Origin: Candidatus Woesearchaeota archaeon
Lineage (GTDB): Archaea; Nanobdellota; Nanobdellia; Nanobdellales; CAZNIQ01
Length of the DNA stretch: 9,859 nt
Assembly: GCA_964573185.1 (NCBI GenBank)
Contig: CAZNIQ010000015.1
Coordinates: forward strand, 7,250-17,108
Direction of reading: 5' to 3'
Part shown: positions 6,623 to 9,859 of the stretch, in pieces
Position numbering within the stretch: the first letter of the stretch is position 1
Layout: every line of letters begins with the position of its first letter
The notes under the pieces: generated by a model
The model's input: the letters and a program-made list of their open reading frames with translations, nothing else
What the model was told of the DNA's origin: nothing
Databases searched by the model: none
Position numbers and translations under genes: made by a program

Positions 6623-8086
6623 GATTATGGATTTAGGCTAAACGCTCCAAGAGTGTACTTGGATTTGGAAAATTTAAGGATAGAACCCGTTTGGCCGGAT
6701 ATTTATACCGCTTTATATATAAAACTTTGTATAAAAGGAACGGATCATTGTTGGTTATCCCTTGATGGGATTGATACTTCCGTCTGGAAGCCTTATGTAG
6801 GCGAAAGAGAATTGGGTGTTATTACAAACGCTATTATAGGAGGTTATATTAAAAATAAAGAACAGTTGGACGACTTGGTAAACAAATTCTATGAAAGAGT
6901 AGCAGCATCTTTTGCACGTGCACGCGTTCCTAAATTCTTGGCAGATAATTATATGAATTTCATCAGGAAGTTCACACATGATGGGCATTATATTGATTGG
7001 GAAGTTTATGCTGAAGAGCACAAAAAAGCAGAGATTCCTTTAGCGTCCATAGTTCTTGCAAGAGCTTTAGAAATAATACGTAAAGATAAGGCCGAATGGG
7101 GAAAATACCATCTACCCTCCCTTTTAGTATTATACTTTCTTGCAAGAGAAGGGAACTTTCCAGCTATAATAAAGGAAGCTATAAAAAATAGGCTTGTAAG
7201 ACCAGAGTACATAAGTTGGTATATACAAGACTTTCTCTTTGAACGGCTGGTAGGGGTTTCTCCAGAGGAATTAAAAGCAATAATGCTAGGGGAAATCCAT
7301 AAGGAAAGATTGGAAGATTTTAATTTGAAAAGTAAGAGAAGTAAAGACGTATTTACACTTTACCTCCCGCATCCCTTTACATATTTACACCCTCCTGATA
7401 AATACACTACATATATACTGATTAGGGATTTTATCTTTGCATATCTGAAATTAATCATTCACGATTCTATAGGTATTTATCCAGAACCGCTAGATGATGC
7501 TTATACATATATAATATTACAGAGGCTTGGCAGAAATGTTGCAAAAGCATTACCACTTTTACATCACGTTCTAAACATGTATGCTAACTCTAGCGAAGTA
7601 GGAATCGGAGAATACTATTTAGAATCACATTTACTTACAAGAGTAAACTGGAAGGAAGAAGCAAAACGCATCAAAAACCATCTGTTTTCTGTAATAAACG
7701 GAATAGGAATTCCGTCACCTTTTGACATATATAGATACATGTTGTCAAAGAACGAGTATATTCCTTATGCGCAAAATGTTATAAAATTGTCTTTAGCAAG
7801 AGGATGGCTAAAAGCAATAGAGGCTACAGAAGAACTATATAAAGAGGAAATTGATAGTTTATCAAGATTTCAAGAAAACAGTTGGAGATTTTATATAACA
7901 GAATCTATTAAGTATGGATCATTTAGATTTCCATTTGATTCATTGGAGGAGTTAGAAATAGGATATAAAATAGGTAGTATGAAGGGAGACTTTACAGAAT
8001 ATTTCCATACAATGTATAGGGACTTACCAATAATATTAACATATGCATATGCCATAGCCAAACTAGCTTTAAAGGACCAACCTTAA
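6527..8086 (+). CDS. Hypothetical exported protein with an N-terminal twin-arginine (Tat) signal and no recognisable domain
   Basis: A 519-aa uninterrupted ORF with coding-like composition. The N-terminus MTSNEPKNPSRRRFLKGLFFGGLAALVFPYGL matches the Tat consensus S/T-R-R-x-F-L-K, followed by a ~16-aa hydrophobic region. The rest is rich in K, E, Y, L and I and looks helical. I recognise no catalytic or cofactor-binding motif. It has only two Cys (LCIKGTDHCW). Confidence 0.7.
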   Translation: MTSNEPKNPSRRRFLKGLFFGGLAALVFPYGLDYGFRLNAPRVYLDLENLRIEPVWPDIYTALYIKLCIKGTDHCWLSLDGIDTSVWKPYVGERELGVITNAIIGGYIKNKEQLDDLVNKFYERVAASFARARVPKFLADNYMNFIRKFTHDGHYIDWEVYAEEHKKAEIPLASIVLARALEIIRKDKAEWGKYHLPSLLVLYFLAREGNFPAIIKEAIKNRLVRPEYISWYIQDFLFERLVGVSPEELKAIMLGEIHKERLEDFNLKSKRSKDVFTLYLPHPFTYLHPPDKYTTYILIRDFIFAYLKLIIHDSIGIYPEPLDDAYTYIILQRLGRNVAKALPLLHHVLNMYANSSEVGIGEYYLESHLLTRVNWKEEAKRIKNHLFSVINGIGIPSPFDIYRYMLSKNEYIPYAQNVIKLSLARGWLKAIEATEELYKEEIDSLSRFQENSWRFYITESIKYGSFRFPFDSLEELEIGYKIGSMKGDFTEYFHTMYRDLPIILTYAYAIAKLALKDQP

Positions 8087-8091
8087 TTTTT
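8087..8091 (+). terminator. Possible oligo-T terminator immediately after the Tat-signal ORF
   Basis: A T5 run follows the TAA stop (8084-8086) directly, in the 6-bp gap before the convergent gene's stop codon (8093-8095). This is positional only. Confidence 0.25.
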
Positions 8092-8092
8092 G

Positions 8093-9859
8093 CTAACAAG
8101 TTTCTTCCGTCCCTAAATAATATTTTGGCCAAGGTTCTATGTACTTTCTAATTCTTACCCAATCAATGAGTTTGGATTGGTCATTAGTTGTCCATTCAAA
8201 GTTTAGTAATAGGTACCCCTGTGCAAACTCTGTATCCGTAATGCAACCAAAAATGTTCAAGGAACCGTCCTCTGTTTGTAAATGGCCGCAGAAGTAATTA
8301 CCTTTGACAGTAACACTGACTCTAAACCATTTATTATAATAATTATATTTTCCTAATTTTAAAATATAATCCCAACTTCCAGAAGAACATTTTAGTATGC
8401 CTGTATCATCAATGCTTCCAGTAGTAGACTCTGCTCTAAACCAGTAACCATTTCCAGTAGTTTCATTCCAATACCAACCAAAAGATAGCAAACTTCTGGT
8501 ACCAACAGAAATATGCATTGCCCGAGCTTCCAGTATAAATGGAGAATCTGTTTTTAATGTTATATTAGAAGTGTAAAATGCTACCGCACCACTTCCCGAA
8601 ACACCAGTATATGTTGTATTAACTATTAATAAACTATTTTTTATTTCAATATTATAGTTATTAGCAGGTAGCGAATTTGAAATCCTCCAAGTCGTAAACA
8701 TTGCGGTAACATCAGGATAATCAAAGTCGTCAAAAAAGTCGAAAACGAGATAGCCATTAGATGTAGAAATGGTATTAGGATTGCAATAATACATGTATAT
8801 AGTTTCATTTGCCAAATATGGAACCTTTACAAAAATGATGGTATTTGTCGTATTGCAAGTATCTTTTTCTATGTAATAAGGAATCTTCTTTTCAAGCTCT
8901 CTATAGTACTCCTTAAAAATCCTCTCCTCTGTTAAAGATGTATTATAAATGCGTAGTTCGTCAATAATACCATTAAAATCGATAATCAAAGTATTAGTAT
9001 TATGTATAGTTGTTCCAACCGCTTGTGTATAGTTCTTTAATGTATTATTTATATATAATTTAAGATACTGCCCATCATATGTAAGTGCTACAAAATATAT
9101 GTTATTTAGAGTTAATTTTGTTGATACTTGTTTATAAGAATTTGTTGTATTTACGAACCCATAAATAGTGTTATTAAAAATTAGAATTCCAAAGGAACCA
9201 GGCTTTGCAATAATATATTGAGGGGATAGAACTAAGGCTTCTTCTGTTCCTTTTATTACATGTAAATTATAAATTTGCTTATTCATAAGAATCGTTGGCT
9301 CCGAATCAACATACTTTCTTATTCTAATCCAATCGAATTCCACATAGCAATCGTCATCCCAATACCAAATACCAATGTAACCTCCATAAGGTGTTACTGT
9401 TGTAGAGACCATCCAATTTGGTTCCGATGTACTCTCTTCCCATATCTTTCCGTAAATCTCTCCATTATTCTTAATCAGGACCTTAAATCTTCCCCAAACG
9501 TTCTGAGGTAGATTATATTGATAGCAGCTAATGAATGTAGGACTTCCATAGGAAGTATACCTCGCTATACAATATTGGGAATTTGTAGGACTTCCATATC
9601 CATGCCATAAAGCATAAGCATTTCCGTTTGTATCACCATAAACAAAAATGCCTAAATCATCATTTGTTGAAGTCCACCTCCCTCTTGCTTCTATAATAAC
9701 ATTGTCAAAAGTTCCTATATTAATTCTTAATGGTTTCACTGCATAGCTACCAGTTGGGTTCGAATATATAACACTATTTGATTCCGTCCATTGCGCGTTG
9801 TTTTCAGCAGTCCACCATGAATCTATTACTCCATCATTAAAATCATCATAAAAATCAAA
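8093..9859 (-). CDS. Multi-domain ConA-like lectin / LamG / DUF2341-like beta-sandwich protein, 5' end outside the window (partial)
   Basis: The reading frame stays open from 9739 to the window edge at 9859. Those 40 extra codons read FDFYDDFNDGVIDSWWTAENNAQWTESNSVIYSNPTGSYA. The track 'start' at 9737-9739 is a GTG internal to this frame.

Domain layout:
- Jelly-roll-like unit, 9296-9859 (FDFYDDF ... DWIRIRKYVDSEP).
- LamG/Laminin_G_3-like unit, ~8900-9292 (LTYDGQYLKLYINN ... IIDELRIYNTSLTEERI).
- DUF2341-like segment, ~8744-8887 (IIFVKVPYLANETIYMYYCN).
- Second jelly-roll unit, 8129-8743 (FDFFDDF ... DWVRIRKYIEPWP). Confidence 0.85.
   Translation of the reverse strand, partial: FDFYDDFNDGVIDSWWTAENNAQWTESNSVIYSNPTGSYAVKPLRINIGTFDNVIIEARGRWTSTNDDLGIFVYGDTNGNAYALWHGYGSPTNSQYCIARYTSYGSPTFISCYQYNLPQNVWGRFKVLIKNNGEIYGKIWEESTSEPNWMVSTTVTPYGGYIGIWYWDDDCYVEFDWIRIRKYVDSEPTILMNKQIYNLHVIKGTEEALVLSPQYIIAKPGSFGILIFNNTIYGFVNTTNSYKQVSTKLTLNNIYFVALTYDGQYLKLYINNTLKNYTQAVGTTIHNTNTLIIDFNGIIDELRIYNTSLTEERIFKEYYRELEKKIPYYIEKDTCNTTNTIIFVKVPYLANETIYMYYCNPNTISTSNGYLVFDFFDDFDYPDVTAMFTTWRISNSLPANNYNIEIKNSLLIVNTTYTGVSGSGAVAFYTSNITLKTDSPFILEARAMHISVGTRSLLSFGWYWNETTGNGYWFRAESTTGSIDDTGILKCSSGSWDYILKLGKYNYYNKWFRVSVTVKGNYFCGHLQTEDGSLNIFGCITDTEFAQGYLLLNFEWTTNDQSKLIDWVRIRKYIEPWPKYYLGTEETC

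Noticed and set aside
6755-7212. Two minus-strand ORFs (88 aa and 68 aa) inside the Tat-signal ORF
   Set aside because: Both are antisense to a 519-codon uninterrupted ORF and have no motifs. The long sense frame is far less likely to be open by chance in AT-rich DNA.
9275-9511. 78-aa plus-strand ORF inside the lectin-fold gene
   Set aside because: It is antisense to the region encoding the conserved DWIRIRKY domain end and has no independent signal.
8093-9859. Apparent abundance of N-x-S/T sequons (10 by hand count) in the lectin-fold protein near the aglB locus, suggesting a dedicated glycosylation substrate
   Set aside because: The protein is very rich in Asn, Ser and Thr. A rough composition-based expectation (~50 Asn times ~0.17 Ser/Thr at +2) gives about 8-9 sequons, so the count is not clearly enriched.
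1-9859. Search for CRISPR repeats, transposase or integrase genes, tRNA/rRNA, toxin-antitoxin pairs or defence-system signatures
   Set aside because: I saw no periodic direct repeats, no terminal inverted repeats, and no GC-rich structured RNA-like segments. I also saw no ORFs with nuclease, ATPase or recombinase motifs. Every long ORF is accounted for by housekeeping or envelope functions, or by the single orphan reported above.

Overview
This is a tightly packed archaeal chromosomal segment. It looks AT-rich, roughly 30-33% G+C by eye (not computed). All calls rest on motif recognition in the supplied translations; no search was run.

Gene order, left to right:
- ~270 bp with no convincing ORF.
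- Ribosomal proteins L24e and S28e on the minus strand, separated by 1 nt.
- Diverging from them, the oligosaccharyltransferase AglB (WWDYG motif). Its stop codon lies inside the start of an Alg7/DPAGT1-like GlcNAc-1-phosphate transferase (AglH).
- A convergent Wzx/MOP-family flippase.
- A divergent tRNA m1A methyltransferase (TrmI/Gcd14).
- A 519-aa protein with a textbook twin-arginine (Tat) signal and no recognisable domain.
- A convergent multi-domain ConA-like/LamG/DUF2341-like beta-sandwich protein that runs off the right edge.

I saw no rRNA, tRNA, CRISPR array, transposase, integrase or recognisable defence gene. Each first-in-unit gene whose 5' end lies in the window has an A/T-rich TATA-like box about 24-29 nt upstream of its ATG and no Shine-Dalgarno. 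That suggests leaderless transcripts, as in Crenarchaeota or Nanoarchaeota-like lineages; the taxonomic guess is weak.

The items most worth follow-up are the orphan Tat-signal protein, the adjacent internally duplicated lectin-fold protein, and the compact aglB-aglH-flippase module that has no soluble glycosyltransferase. I do not see a demonstrably novel system; most of the window is ordinary housekeeping and cell-surface biogenesis.
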